A stretch of 63,902 nucleotides of DNA, the filler included, from Octopus bimaculoides (Eukaryota): assembly GCF_001194135.2 (NCBI RefSeq). It is 7 parts of 7 records of this genome, joined end to end, with 100 filler letters (N's around TTAATTAATTAA, not from the genome) between each part and the next. Parts side by side here need not be neighbours in the genome. Positions count along the whole stretch, not along the records: positions 40,931 to 52,850 come from NC_068987.1; positions 52,951 to 56,766 come from NC_068983.1; positions 56,867 to 62,648 come from NC_068999.1; positions 62,749 to 63,902 come from NW_026418808.1; 3 more parts are not named here. One strand, written 5' to 3'. Under the pieces are notes generated by a model, which made no database searches, had not been told where the DNA came from, and saw only the letters and a list, made by a program, of their open reading frames with translations. A program made the translations under genes and the position numbers. This document shows, in pieces, positions 50,321 to 63,322 of this stretch (its first letter is position 1; the number at the start of each line of letters is the position of its first letter).

Positions 50321-51573
50321 GGCGTATCAAAATAAGGATGAAGATGGTGTTGAAATCCAAACTGAATGCCAAAAATTTGATTACCGCAATGAATATCTAG
50401 GCTGTTGCGGTGGTCAGATATAGTGCGTCTATCCTCAAATGGACTAAGGAGGAAATATCAACATTGGATAAAAGGACAAGAAAGTTGATGACGCTGCACG
50501 GGCGCTACACCCTAAAGCAAACGTAAACAGACTGTATATGAAAAGAAAGGATGGTGGCAGAGGACTAATTTTTTTATAGCCCATTGTGTTATGAGTGTAA
50601 GGAGAACGCTAGCCGATAAATAGTGATGAACACCTACTGCAATATGCCGCGAAAGATACAGGTGTAAATGCAGATGAAGTGATGGGCACGGTAGAGTTTA
50701 ACGAAAGAGCTGAGGAAAAGAGAAAAGAAGACATTCTTGAAATGAGAATGCATGGACAGTTTGATAGGAATACACAAGATGTTAAGGATAATACAGTATC
50801 GTGGGGATGGCTTGAGCGAGATGATTTGAAGCGTACCACCGAAAGCATGTCCCTTGCTGCATAAGATCAGGCTCTCGTTATCAAGTCAGGGAAGTATAAC
50901 ATTTATAAAACTTCTGACACCCAGAAATGCAGACTCTGTGGAAAGAATGTGGAAAATGTGACCCACTTGGTAACTGGATGTGAGAGCCTTACACAAAAAA
51001 AATACAAGCGCTGCCACGGTAAAGTTTGTGTGTACCTTCATTGGCTCTTATGCCATAAATACCAATATGGATTAACAGATGACTGGTATGAGCATGTACC
51101 AAGTAAAGTTATGCAGGAGGATGGAAAAGTAACGATACTCTTGTGTAATCGAACACCGTCGGCCGGATATTGTCATATCGAATAAGAGAGATAAATACTG
51201 TGTGATGATTGATGTAGCTATACCAAATGAAACTGCATGTTGTGAGTAAAGAGGTTGAAAAATTACCAAGTATTCCGAATTGAAAGTGGAAATGGCAAGA
51301 CAGTATGGAATGCAAGAGGGTAAAGTAAAAATGATACCAGTGGTGATCGGAGCGTTGGGCTCAATCCCATTGAAACTTCAAGAAATCTTAAGGCAACTGG
51401 AAATCCCATGCAAGTCTGATGTCTCGCAAAAAGCAACCTTATTGAGCACATCGCACATCTTAAGGAAAGCATTATCTGTCTGAGTTCCTTGCTGTGACTT
51501 GACAGATGACTAAACACTCCGGTGCATCTTTACCTACACTGTGTTACGAAGGAAAAATAGTAATAATAATAAT
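50321..51573 (+). mobile_element. 5'-truncated R4/Dong LINE (RT thumb, knuckle, RLE, UTR, tail)
   Basis: KSKLNAKNLITAMN..AVAVVRYS..RLYMKRKDGGRGL; MHGQF; CRLCGKNVENVTHLVTGC; RPDIV..IDVAIP; IPVVIGALG; QKATLLSTSHILRKALSV*. Several stops and frameshifts. Confidence 0.93.
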
Positions 51574-52055
51574 TGGCTGCGACTCTCTCATTCCTATTAT
51601 TTAAACTCATGCAAACTCTCGCCTAATTTCCCAATAATACCAAGTCCCGCAATTTGTGGTACATCCTCTCGTGATCAACTTCACCGAAAGTCCTTACTAA
51701 GTCGATATGTATCACATCCATATTTGAATGTTTGGGCTGATGTTTCAGCAGCTGTAGTAACTGTCACGTAGCCCCTTTCTTGACAGAGAACATGCTGCGT
51801 GCTTATGAGGAAACCATGTTCTCTTAAGAACGCAATCAACTTCCTTCTGACAATCCGTTCCATGGCGTTGCTCACATGTCAGTTACGAGAAAGAGAAGCC
51901 TGTAATCTTTAGCGTCTGCTCGGCTCCTTTCTTTTGGATAGGTTATATAGCTTTTTTTTTTTACATTTTGGAAAGTGTACCACATACTAGGAAGCTCTCG
52001 AAAAGTAACTGTACCAGTTTCGCGAGAAATAATTTGAAAACACCCAGGGATCACC
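51574..52055 (-). mobile_element. CR1/L2-type LINE reverse transcriptase fragment
   Basis: PKERSRADAKDYRL..; MERIVRRKLIAFLREHG..STQH; frameshifted remnants of IDF.K.F..VDH....HKLRDLGIIGKLGE.LHEF. Confidence 0.8.
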
Positions 52056-52966
52056 GCTGATTTCTAATCTAATACATACATACATACGTGTATATATGCA
52101 TACATAAATGAATGCCATACCACGTATATACATACATACATAAATACATACATATATACGAACATATATACATATGTAATTATCCTCACATATCTTTAGA
52201 TGTATTTAGATACATATGCATACACACACATACAACCACCACATATATATTCACACATACATGCGTGCAAAGATGCATAGTTACGCACACACGTATACAT
52301 AATAGCATATAGAAAAAACAACAACGTATTTGCACATATAATCCCTTCCAAATAAGGAGAACTAATATGATTGAAAGAGAGACAGGATCGTCAGAGAGAC
52401 AATGATGCTCATTGTAGATTCTTCATCATATGTATATCGAAACCAACACCATCTGTCAACCTGAGACAGAAATGGTATCTGGCGTCATTTGCATTTATCC
52501 TACATATTATTAGAAACGGTTGGATTTGAACTTAGATTATGATGATAGGCAAATCATTTTCTCTGTGCATTATACAGATGCATAAAAATTGCTACGAAGT
52601 TATTTCTGGTTTTGCAAATAAAAATTCATAATTTGATAATTGTTCTGTGTAACAGAGAGGGAAACCTACAGAGAGATATACATCTAAGTATATATACGAG
52701 TCTGTGTATGAATGTGTGTATGCATGCACATATTGCATATGTATATATACATACATACATACATATATATGTGTGTGTGTAAATACACAGAGATGGTGGG
52801 TGAGCAGCAGTAAAGGATGTCACAGATATATATATATATATATATATATANNNNNNNNNNNNNNNNNNNNNNNNNNNNNNNNNNNNNNNNNNNNTTAATT
52901 AATTAANNNNNNNNNNNNNNNNNNNNNNNNNNNNNNNNNNNNNNNNNNNNTATATATATATATAAA

Positions 52967-53002
<36 letters not shown>

Positions 53003-53052
53003 TGTATGTATGTATTTATGTATGTATGAACATTTATATATCTATATGGAAT

Positions 53053-53445
53053 CACTGTGTGGTAAGAAGTTTGATTCCCAACATCATGGTTCTGGGTTCA
53101 GTCCAACTGCGTGACACCTTGAGCAACTGTCTTCTTCTATAGCCTTGAGTCGACCAAAGCCTTGTCAGTGGATTTGGTAGACGGAAACTGAAAGAAGCTT
53201 GTCGTATACGTGTGCGCGTGAGTGTGTGTGTGCTTATGTATGTATGTATTGGTGTCTGTGTTTGTCCCCCGACCATCGCTTCACAATCGATGTTGGAGTG
53301 TTTATATCCCGTAACCTAGTGGTTCAGCAAAAGAGACCGATAGAATAAGTACTATGCTTACAAAGACAAAGTCCCGATGTCGAATTGTTCGACTAAAGGC
53401 GGTGCTCCAACATGGCCGCAGCCAAATAACTGAAGCATGTAAAAA
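53053..53445 (+). mobile_element. Family A SINE
   Basis: Head, CORE-like gacaccttgagcaactg, internal (TG/TA)n, and 3' end ggcggtgctccaacatggccgcag. Confidence 0.85.
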
Positions 53446-53465
53446 GGAAATATAATGTAAATTAC

Positions 53466-53501
<36 letters not shown>

Positions 53502-53777
53502 GAATGCAAATGTATCTTTAGTCGGTTTCAACAATGTGATTTCAAGTTCTTCTATCAACTGAAGTGTATATGTATTGAATTAGCGTATAATTGGCTGAGT
53601 ACTCCACAGACACTTGTATCTTTACGTTATGCAAATCAACGAGGTACCATGTGTCTGTTTAATAACAGGCTCAGTCTATCAAACTAATACTAATCGAAAG
53701 TCTTGAATTTACGTGATTCCATGTGAAAAGAAACTTGACCACGTTGTTGAATCAAATACTGAATTTATATGCGTTTG

Positions 53778-53830
<53 letters not shown>

Positions 53831-54771
53831 NNNNNNNNNNNNNNNNNNNNNNNNNNNNNNNNNNNNNNNNNNNNNNNNNNNNNNNNNNNNNNNNNNNNNN
53901 NNNNNNNNNNNNNNNNNNNNNNNNNNNNNNNNNNNNNNNNNNNNNNNNNNNNNNNNNNNNNNNNNNNNNNNNNNNNNNNNNNNNNNNNNNNNNNNNNNNN
54001 NNNNNNNNNNNNNNNNNNNNNNNNNNNNNNNNNNNNNNNNNNNNNNNNNNNNNNNNNNNNNNNNNNNNNNNNNNNNNNNNNNNNNNNNNNNNNNNNNNNN
54101 NNNNNNNNNNNNNNNNNNNNNNNNNNNNNNNNNNNNNNNNNNNNNNNNNNNNNNNNNNNNNNNNNNNNNNNNNNNNNNNNNNNNNNNNNNNNNNNNNNNN
54201 NNNNNNNNNNNNNNNNNNNNNNNNNNNNNNNNNNNNNNNNNNNNNNNNNNNNNNNNNNNNNNNNNNNNNNNNNNNNNNNNNNNNNNNNNNNNNNNNNNNN
54301 NNNNNNNNNNNNNNNNNNNNNNNNNNNNNNNNNNNNNNNNNNNNNNNNNNNNNNNNNNNNNNNNNNNNNNNNNNNNNNNNNNNNNNNNNNNNNNNNNNNN
54401 NNNNNNNNNNNNNNNNNNNNNNNNNNNNNNNNNNNNNNNNNNNNNNNNNNNNNNNNNNNNNNNNNNNNNNNNNNNNNNNNNNNNNNNNNNNNNNNNNNNT
54501 CATCTATCGAATTCAAGATCTAAAGCCCTTAAGCCCAACATCTCAATGAATAGTCCACAAGTCTTTGACTGTGGATGATTTGTACTTAGTACTACTATCT
54601 CCAAGCTATACAGAACTCAATATGGATTAATTGTAGTGGAAATTGGAAGATTCAGTGCCCTATTGTGACCACGGGTTTCGTCCAGTCTGAATACAACGAC
54701 TTAGAATGAAACTACTGGTCACAGTGAGACATTGAACCTTTCAATTCACATACTATGTGTATATATGTATC

Positions 54772-54945
54772 AAGTGGCGAGCTGGCAGAATCGTAAATCT
54801 ATCGATTTTACGTTCTGAGGTCGAATTTGCTTTTCATCCGTTCAGGGGAAATGAAATAAGTACTAGTTGGACACTGGGGTCGATGTAATCGTCATGTCCA
54901 CTACCCCCAAATTGCTGGTCTTGTGTAAGAGTTTGAAATCAATAT
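54772..54945 (+). mobile_element. Family B SINE (internally deleted)
   Basis: gtggcgagctggcagaatcg...aataagtactagttggacactggggtcgatgtaatcg. Confidence 0.75.
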
Positions 54946-55185
54946 ATGTGTATATGTACATGTATGAGAATGTTCGTCTGATTTTGTGCGTGTGGGAATT
55001 TATGTGTGCGTGTATGTAGATGTGTATATATTTTCTACTTCTATGTTTCTTTACACACCTGAACGAAGGCAAAGCTAGAAACAGAGTTAATTATGTACAA
55101 TTAACTCTAATTTATTCAAGTATAAGCAATTTCCAATATATGTAAGCACAAACACACATAGACACACACATTCATATATATATAT

Positions 55186-55605
55186 TCTTTTATTCTTTTA
55201 CTTTTTTCAGCTAATTGACTGCGGCCATGCTGGAAGACCGCCTTAAAGGGTTTTAGTCGAAGAAATCGACCCCAGGACTTTTTTTTTGTAAGCCTAGTAC
55301 TTATTCTAATGGGCTCTTTTGCCGAACCCCTAACTTACAGGGACGTAAACACACCAACATCGGTTGTCAGGCAATGGTGTTACGAGAAACACAGACATAA
55401 AGATACCCACACGCACACACACACACAGACACACACACACACACAACGGGTTCTTTCAGTCTCCGTCTATCAAATCCACTCACAAATGTTCGGTCGGCCC
55501 GACACTATAGTAGAAGACACTTGCCCAAGGTGCCACGCAATGAGACTGAACTGGAAACCATGTGGCTGGAAAGCAAGCTTCTTACCACACAGCCACGCCT
55601 GCGCC
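55186..55605 (-). mobile_element. Full-length family A SINE
   Basis: Reverse complement begins ggcgcaggcgtggctgtgtggtaagaag; internal (CA)n; tail taaaagaataaaagaa. Confidence 0.9.
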
Positions 55606-55834
55606 TAAATACACACACATACACACACACACATATATATGTCCTGAAAATTCTACACAGCCTTGGATTTATTGTCTCACTTTATTTAACATATACATGC
55701 TCATACAAGACCCGCATTAGAACCTCACTCGTACCATTATCCAACCGAGAATTTAACTACGGTCCTTCCATAGCACTTGCATAGCGTTACCTGCCACTTT
55801 GGATCTTCTGAATACCAATACCTGTCATACATAC

Positions 55835-55880
<46 letters not shown>

Positions 55881-55890
55881 NNNNNNNNNN

Positions 55891-55934
<44 letters not shown>

Positions 55935-57399
55935 TTCTAAGTTTGTATGTGTGTTTAGGTAGAAACAGACAGACATGCAGAAACAGAACGGGAGAAAGAG
56001 AGCAAGAGACAGTGGGTTAGGCAAATTGTTATTTCCTAAACCTTTGAGTCATACCCTGCGAGGAAAACCGGTTAGAGGGAAACTGTATAGAAGTCCTTTA
56101 GATGGATGGCACTTAAAATTCGAAACGTACCACCTTATCACACTGAGTTATACAGATGCTGCCTGAGAATTACCTTCATGGTAAACATATTTGTGAAATG
56201 AAACGTTAATCAAACAACTGAATGCGTATGGTCGAACCACATTGATACACCAATGCGTATACATATGTCGAATGCTGAATCAGTACTAAGTATAACTAAT
56301 TGCTTACTAATGAGCAGCGAAAGAAAGATGGGTTTTGATCTATCTGATGATATGTAGCTTCTACCACAACTCCTACACAGACGTTTCCTTTTAATTAAAT
56401 GTACGGCTGAGTCATGACTACTGGAATTGTATGCCGACATTTGTCTCTTCAGAACAGAAATAGGAGGACAATGCAACATTTCTTAAATTAATTAAATGGT
56501 TATATGTGATTTATTCTTTCAGGGAGGCGAGAATATAGCATTAGCTCTGTGCAGTTCGTGTAACCTTCAGTGGCTAACAACACCATATTTACAAAGACAA
56601 ACTCGAAGGTGAACATTTTTAAGGATTATCATCAGTGGGGTCTTGTTATTTTATTGCATTTGAGTACATATATTGACACAAGCATATATATGTATAAATA
56701 TACACACACATACGTATACATATATATATATACACACACACACACAAACACACACACAAACACACANNNNNNNNNNNNNNNNNNNNNNNNNNNNNNNNNN
56801 NNNNNNNNNNTTAATTAATTAANNNNNNNNNNNNNNNNNNNNNNNNNNNNNNNNNNNNNNNNNNNNATATATATATACACACACACACACACGCCGTATG
56901 CCAAACGCATGGATGATTGGTGGGTTCGTACTGAGAAATAGGAAAAGCTTTTTCTTCTTCCTTTCTTTTCCGGAGCTAAAAGCACAAGACTCGAGATAGA
57001 AATTATCTAGCTGAGAAAAAGTTTGCTTGGTAGAGCTGTGTGGCAAAGGTAGGTGCATCTATTCCTCTATCTCTTATCAAGCTGAAAAGGAAAACGTACT
57101 TTATCTATGCATTTTGAAAGACACGTGGAGGTTTTCTGATGCCTCACTAAAGAGTAATTGCAACTCTCCCGGCCATTACAATTATTATATCCGCGTCCAG
57201 TTTGGTACACGTTGGTTAAAGGTTTCGGCACCAGGTAGAAAAGTGAAGGGAGAGAGGCCCCTTAGGATGGTGGTAACCTCTTGTAATCCGGAAAAGATTG
57301 TTCTGCAATTCCTTGCTGAACAATCTGCAAAAGTGATTTGGTTATCGTAATCAATTGACTGAATTGTATATTAGCTTATTCCCTCCATTAAATCGACGT

Positions 57400-57572
57400 T
57401 GCTTGTACAGGTGCATGATGTACCACACATCCAGTGTCGAATTGATAGCAGGACAACGAAGGATGGGGGTATTTTGCTCTAAGAACACAACGCACGGCCC
57501 TGTCCAAGAACTGAAACTTCGATCGCGAGATCGTGTGTGCAACGCCCTAACAATTAGGCCATGCGCCCTCAC
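57400..57572 (-). mobile_element. Decayed family C SINE
   Basis: ttgctctaagaacacaacgcacggccctgtccaagaactgaaac...ccctaacaattaggccatgcgcc. Confidence 0.7.
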
Positions 57573-57669
57573 ACCTTTTGAAATACTACCATTTGTAGAG
57601 ATGAAATTAGATTTTGTACTTTTGTCTGTATTTAAGTCATCTGCTTAACATATGTCTCACTTTCGTCGT

Positions 57670-58160
57670 GGCTAGAATTTCTCCGACCCATATTGAAGAG
57701 AACACTATCAAAATCCTTCTTGAATCGATACAATACACAGAACCTTCCTTCTTCTTGTACAGTCTTCACATATGGCTTTATTGATCGATAATTGATCTTC
57801 AGAGTCTTACGTCAGCTCTTGTGGAAACAATACATTTTTTTTTCTTATTGCTCATGTTTACTTAATCTCTACGATATTATTGTATTTGCAGCTTTGTAAT
57901 TCTGTGAGAAATCAGGTTATAGCTCTGTAGCTAATCAAATACCGAAGCTTCTTGCTTCTTGCTTTGATTTGTGTTCTTTTTGTACTTCCCCTCGGTGTTT
58001 CGGGCCCTTCTCACTAATAAAGGAAGTTAGTACTATTGCCCACATTCTGACAATTTCGTCTTTTAGTAAATTGTATTTTCCCGCCTTTTCCGGTTCTATG
58101 TCACTCGCGTGTGCCTTTACAAGTGTGGCAATATCTATGAACTTAGTTTCCTTTTTCCGT
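57670..58160 (-). mobile_element. Two decayed R4/Dong fragments (RLE 57960-58160; RT motifs 57670-57900)
   Basis: KKETKFIDIATL..SDIEPEKAGKYNLLKDEIVRMW, and NVLFPQE..SEDQLSINKAICEDCTRRRKVL..ID.KKDFDSV. Abuts (AAT)n at 58175. Confidence 0.7.
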
Positions 58161-58174
58161 TTATTTATTTATTC

Positions 58175-58254
<80 letters not shown>

Positions 58255-58255
58255 T
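58175..58255. repeat. (ATT)n-(AGT)n microsatellite
   Basis: Direct reading. Confidence 0.95.
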
Positions 58256-59057
58256 TTCTACTATAGGTACTTGGCCTGATAAGTTACGGGACGGGGCCAG
58301 TCGATTACTTTGAGCCCAGGCCACCATCACCACCACCACCATGTCATCACCATCACCACGTCATCACTACTACCACCACCACCACNNNNNNNNNNNNNNN
58401 NNNNNNNNNNNNNNNNNNNNNNNNNNNNNNNNNNNNNNNNNNNNNNNNNNNNNNNNNNNNNNNNNNNNNNNNNNNNNNNNNNNNNNNNNNNNNNNNNNNN
58501 NNNNNNNNNNNNNNNNNNNNNNNNNNNNNNNNNNNNNNNNNNNNNNNNNNNNNNNNNNNNNNNNNNNNNNNNNNNNNNNNNNNNNNNNNNNNNNNNNNNN
58601 NNNNNNNNNNNNNNNNNNNNNNNNNNNNNNNNNNNNNNNNNNNNAACAACGTCAACAACAACATCAACAAACAGAATGTATTTATTGCGAAGAGCAGCAA
58701 TTTTATCGCCAGAACGATTCACAGCAATTTGCTTTGTGCATTCATTATCTGATGAAGTAAATTAATTTATTCCGAGATACGTTTCCAGATGAAATATATA
58801 TATATATATATATATAGCCATCATCACCATTCTCCTCCTCCACCTCCTCCTCATCCTCCTCCTCCTCCTCATCATCATCATCACCATCATCACTGTCATC
58901 ATCATCATCATCATCATCATCGTCGTCGTCGTCGTCGTCAGTATGGTTATCTTGGCAATCATTAATATCGATTCAAATAATTATGGAAAACACCTAATTA
59001 TTGAATATGCAGATATTGTATTATATTGTTTTATTACTATTATTATTATTATCATCA

Positions 59058-59116
<59 letters not shown>

Positions 59117-60157
59117 GTTAAACACACACATATACAACCATTCTCTCTCTCACACACACACAACAAAAACAAACATAAATCTATTAACAGTGCCACATGT
59201 ATATGCATGCATACATGTATTTAATGCATGTATGTGTGCATGTATGTTTGTATGCATGCATACATGTATGTATGTATGCATGCAAACATGAACACATGTA
59301 TGCAACTGTGCATGTATGCATGTATGCATACATGTATACATGTATGCATGCATGTATGCATGCATGTATGTATGTATGCATGCATGTATGTATGTATGTA
59401 TGTATGTATGTATGTTCTCTTCTGTTTTTAATCATTTAAATTCTTCCTCTGAAGATGGAGCTAGTTTCTAAGAAAGATACAAACCTCCATCTTTGGAATG
59501 TAGATAACGAAAACCATGTCACATTTTAAACTTGAGAAAAGTCTTGCATATTTTCACTGTTCCGCTTACAGATGTATTAGTTAGTTGACTGATTTCCTTC
59601 ATNNNNNNNNNNNNNNNNNNNNNNNNNNNNNNNNNNNNNNNNNNNNNNNNNNNNNNNNNNNNNNNNNNNNNNNNNNNNNNNNNNNNNNNNNNNNNNNNNN
59701 NNNNNNNNNNNNNNNNNNNNNNNNNNNNNNNNNNNNNNNNNNNNNNNNNNNNNNNNNNNNNNNNNNNNNNNNNNNNNNNNNNNNNNNNNNNNNNNNNNNN
59801 NNNNNNNNNNNNNNNNNNNNNNNNNNNNNNNNNNNNNNNNNNNNNNNNNNNNNNNNNNNNNNNNNNNNNNNNNNNNNNNNNNNNNNNNNNNNNNNNNNNN
59901 NNNNNNNNNNNNNNNNNNNNNNNNNNNNNNNNNNNNNNNNNNNNNNNNNNNNNNNNNNNNNNNNNNNNNNNNNNNNNNNNNNNNNNNNNNNNNNNNNNNN
60001 NNNNNNNNNNNNNNNNNNNNNNNNNNNNNNNNNNNNNNNNNNNNNNNNNNNNNNNNNNNNNNNNNNNNNNNNNNNNNNNNNNNNNNNNNNNNNNNNNNNN
60101 NNNNNTTAACAGAAGCAAACTAATATAGTCGTGCAGCAAGATGCGTTTGATTTAAAG

Positions 60158-60290
60158 CAGTGGTTCCAAAAGTGGGCGGTATTGCTAGCCCCTGGAAGCG
60201 GTGAAAAGTTCCAAGGGGGCGTTAAAGAAAAGTGGGGCCATAATGGGGTAGCGATTCATGTAAAAAGTGGTTCATTAACATTATATTATA
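60158..60290 (+). mobile_element. hAT-Charlie-like left end
   Basis: CAGTGGTTCCAAAAGTGGGCGGT preceded by ATTTAAAG, which fits the NTYTARAN target consensus. Right end not found. Confidence 0.5.
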
Positions 60291-60820
60291 TTATTATTAC
60301 AATAATATAAAAAATAAAACGTTTAGAAAGGTATAACAATGCACTATAGAACAAAAAATGGACTATATACGTGTTGTAACTTGGTTATCTATAGTCCGAT
60401 GATATTTCGGGATTAGAATTCCTTCTACAGATCTTATTTGCTGGAGTCTTAAATATAAAAAATAAATATAAATGCAGTCTCTACAATAGTTTCGATTCAA
60501 ACCCAAAAACCAACAAAAAAATTATAAAACTCATGCAATGGAAATATTTTGGGGTAAGAATCTCATCAGGGTAACGAACGAAAGTCACATACGAGATATT
60601 TAACATCGCAAAACAGACTATCAATTTGAACATTCCATCCTCCTTTTATTATTGTATATTGTGTATATATACCTATTTATATTGGAGAAATCTTTCTTCT
60701 AAATGTTATATATTGAGTATTGAACAGTTAACCAGTGAAAACTGGATGTTTTACATCCCTATAAGGTGAGCGTATTTCCTTGCATTTGGATGGATATATA
60801 CAGTTATACACACACACACA

Positions 60821-60908
<88 letters not shown>

Positions 60909-61305
60909 GAGAGAGAGAGAGAGAGAGAGACTCGCACGCATGTACATATGAATAAATGCAGTGAACTCTGCATACCCAAGCAAAAGAAACAATGTAATTA
61001 AAACTTTGCTCAGTCAAGTAAAATTTCCAGTAATTACAAAACACAAAACACAAAACACAAAACACAAAACACGAAGCACGAAACACGAAACTCGTAGCAG
61101 CGTTGATTATCATCGGTTATTTGTTTCATGTATTAATTATCAGCAATTGAGAACCTTAACACTAGCTGTCTGCATAACGTACATCAAGAGCAGGGAACGC
61201 AAATATTTGAACAGCGGACACACACATGCGTGCGCAACGTACGTAGACATATGTACGCAGTCACACAACAGAAGTGCGCATTAGTGCAAAGCGCAGTGTA
61301 CATAT

Positions 61306-61366
<61 letters not shown>

Positions 61367-61923
61367 NNNNNNNNNNNNNNNNNNNNNNNNNNNNNNNNNN
61401 NNNNNNNNNNNNNNNNNNNNNNNNNNNNNNNNNNNNNNNNNNNNNNNNNNNNNNNNNNNNNNNNNNNNNNNNNNNNNNNNNNNNNNNNNNNNNNNNNNNN
61501 NNNNNNNNNNNNNNNNNNNNNNNNNNNNNNNNNNNNNNNNNNNNNNNNNNNNNNNNNNNNNNNNNNNNNNNNNNNNNNNNNNNNNNNNNNNNNNNNNNNN
61601 NNNNNNNNNNNNNNNNNNNNNNNNNNNNNNNNNNNNNNNNNNNNNNNNNNNNNNNNNNNNNNNNNNNNNNNNNNNNNNNNNNNNNNNNNNNNNNNNNNNN
61701 NNNNNNNNNNNNNNNNNNNNNNNNNNNNNNNNNNNNNNNNNNNNNNNNNNNNNNNNNNNNNNNNNNNNNNNNNNNNNNNNNNNNNNNNNNNNNNNNNNNN
61801 NNNNNNNNNNNNNNNNNNNNNNNNNNNNNNNNNNNNNNNNNNNNNNNNNNNNNNNNNNNNNNNNNNNNNNNNNNNNNNNNNNNNNNNNNNNNNNNNNNNN
61901 NNNNNNNNNNNNNNNNNNNNNNN

Positions 61924-61973
<50 letters not shown>

Positions 61974-62495
61974 TATATAAATGCGTACATACATACATAC
62001 TTTAGCAGTTGAAGGCTTTTCGGGTCAGTTAAATGTTAGTGAGTTCATAAATACTTTCAATTAATAACTTCATACACCCAGACACATATTTATATGTATC
62101 TGTCCATGTGTGTAGGTACGTATGTGTGTGTGCGTGCGTGTATGTGCGTGTGTGTTCGTGTGTGTATATCGTTTAAATTGACGTGATAAATACAACTCAA
62201 TACATACGAAAAAGTATATCGTATTTCAATTAGTAAAAGCGCTGAAAGTGTCTCAAGAGCCTTAGGTTTCGTACTAATGCTGTTATCAAACTCCGTAGAT
62301 ACAGTGGTACACAACTCCAGACCTTTGAATAATTAAATCTACTCGACTGACACACATAAGCGTGCACATCAACACACACACACTCACACACATACACACA
62401 CTCACACACAGAGTTATTACCGACAGATGGAGTATTAATACCAAACGGCAAGCTTTATATCAAACTTAACGTGGACGTCTAATAAGAATGTCGAA

Positions 62496-62548
62496 TACTG
62501 GGTTATTTACTTGGAGAGATCATCCATCTCGAGGTAAATAACGCAGTA
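62496..62548. ncRNA. Pre-miRNA-shaped or MITE-derived hairpin
   Basis: 22-bp stem (2 mismatches, 1 G-U pair), 9-nt loop, plus a lower stem agaatgtc/ggcatttt beyond an internal loop. Confidence 0.3.
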
Positions 62549-62615
62549 CCAGGCATTTTAACAAAACATTCATGCTATGTGTATGTATGTATGTATGTAT
62601 GTATGCATATATACG

Positions 62616-62648
<33 letters not shown>

Positions 62649-62748
62649 NNNNNNNNNNNNNNNNNNNNNNNNNNNNNNNNNNNNNNNNNNNNTTAATTAA
62701 TTAANNNNNNNNNNNNNNNNNNNNNNNNNNNNNNNNNNNNNNNNNNNN

Positions 62749-62948
62749 CAAAATTAGGAAAGAAGTACATAAAATCCAGGCTACATATGTTTCATAGGTA
62801 GCAGAACCTAAGAAGTAGTAATTATCCAAATGAGGGATAATCCACTAACTACTTGTCAGGCCTCGTTTGGATAATTACTATTTCTGAGGTTCTGTTAACT
62901 ATGAAACATCTGTAACCTGAATTTTATCTTCTCCATTTCCTAATTTTG
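62749..62948. repeat. Fold-back inverted repeat (about 87-bp arms, 25-nt loop)
   Basis: 62749-62835 approximates the reverse complement of 62861-62948. The left arm abuts a gap. Confidence 0.85.
62778..62863 (-). ncRNA. Type I hammerhead-like motif inside the fold-back
   Basis: AGGC-CTGACAA-GTAG...CTAT-GAAA-C-ATAT-G-TA-GCCT. Core G8 is replaced by A, compatible with CpG decay; palindromic stem III ACATATGT. Confidence 0.6.
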
Positions 62949-63199
62949 GATTTCTGTTCGCGTACACAGCAACCCCTGCTGCTAACTGTATGATATAAAA
63001 CAATTTTTTTCAGCTTATCGAACTTCGATACGGCAAAAATTTACAACATTCTTCGTCAATAAACCACTATTGCTCCTAAAAGTTGTTTTTATACCTTCTA
63101 CGGACTGTTCGAAGCTTACTGTCTTCCTATACTTTGATCCTTGGATCTTACCTTTACACACGCTCACACACACACACATGCCTGTGTCTAACAAAAGGC

Positions 63200-63322
63200 A
63201 CCAATAGAATAAGTAACCTACTTTAAAAATAATTAGTGGAGTCAATTCGTTCGACTCAAACCCTTCAAAGCAGTGCCCTAACACGGCCGCAGTCCAGTGA
63301 CTGAAACAAGTAAAAGATGAAA
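63200..63322 (+). mobile_element. Family A SINE 3' end
   Basis: gtgccctaacacggccgcagtccagtgactgaaacaagtaaaag. Confidence 0.7.

Noticed and set aside
56210-56479. 89-aa minus-strand ORF with CRSC
   Set aside because: A lone CxxC with no second zinc-binding pair and no splice support.
58748-58790. CTGATGA...GAGA-TACGT hammerhead-like string
   Set aside because: The GAAA core is altered and stems I and III cannot be completed.
59448-59500. CTGAAGATGGAG...CTCCATCTT small inverted repeat
   Set aside because: No GAAA after stem II; only a 9-bp inverted repeat.
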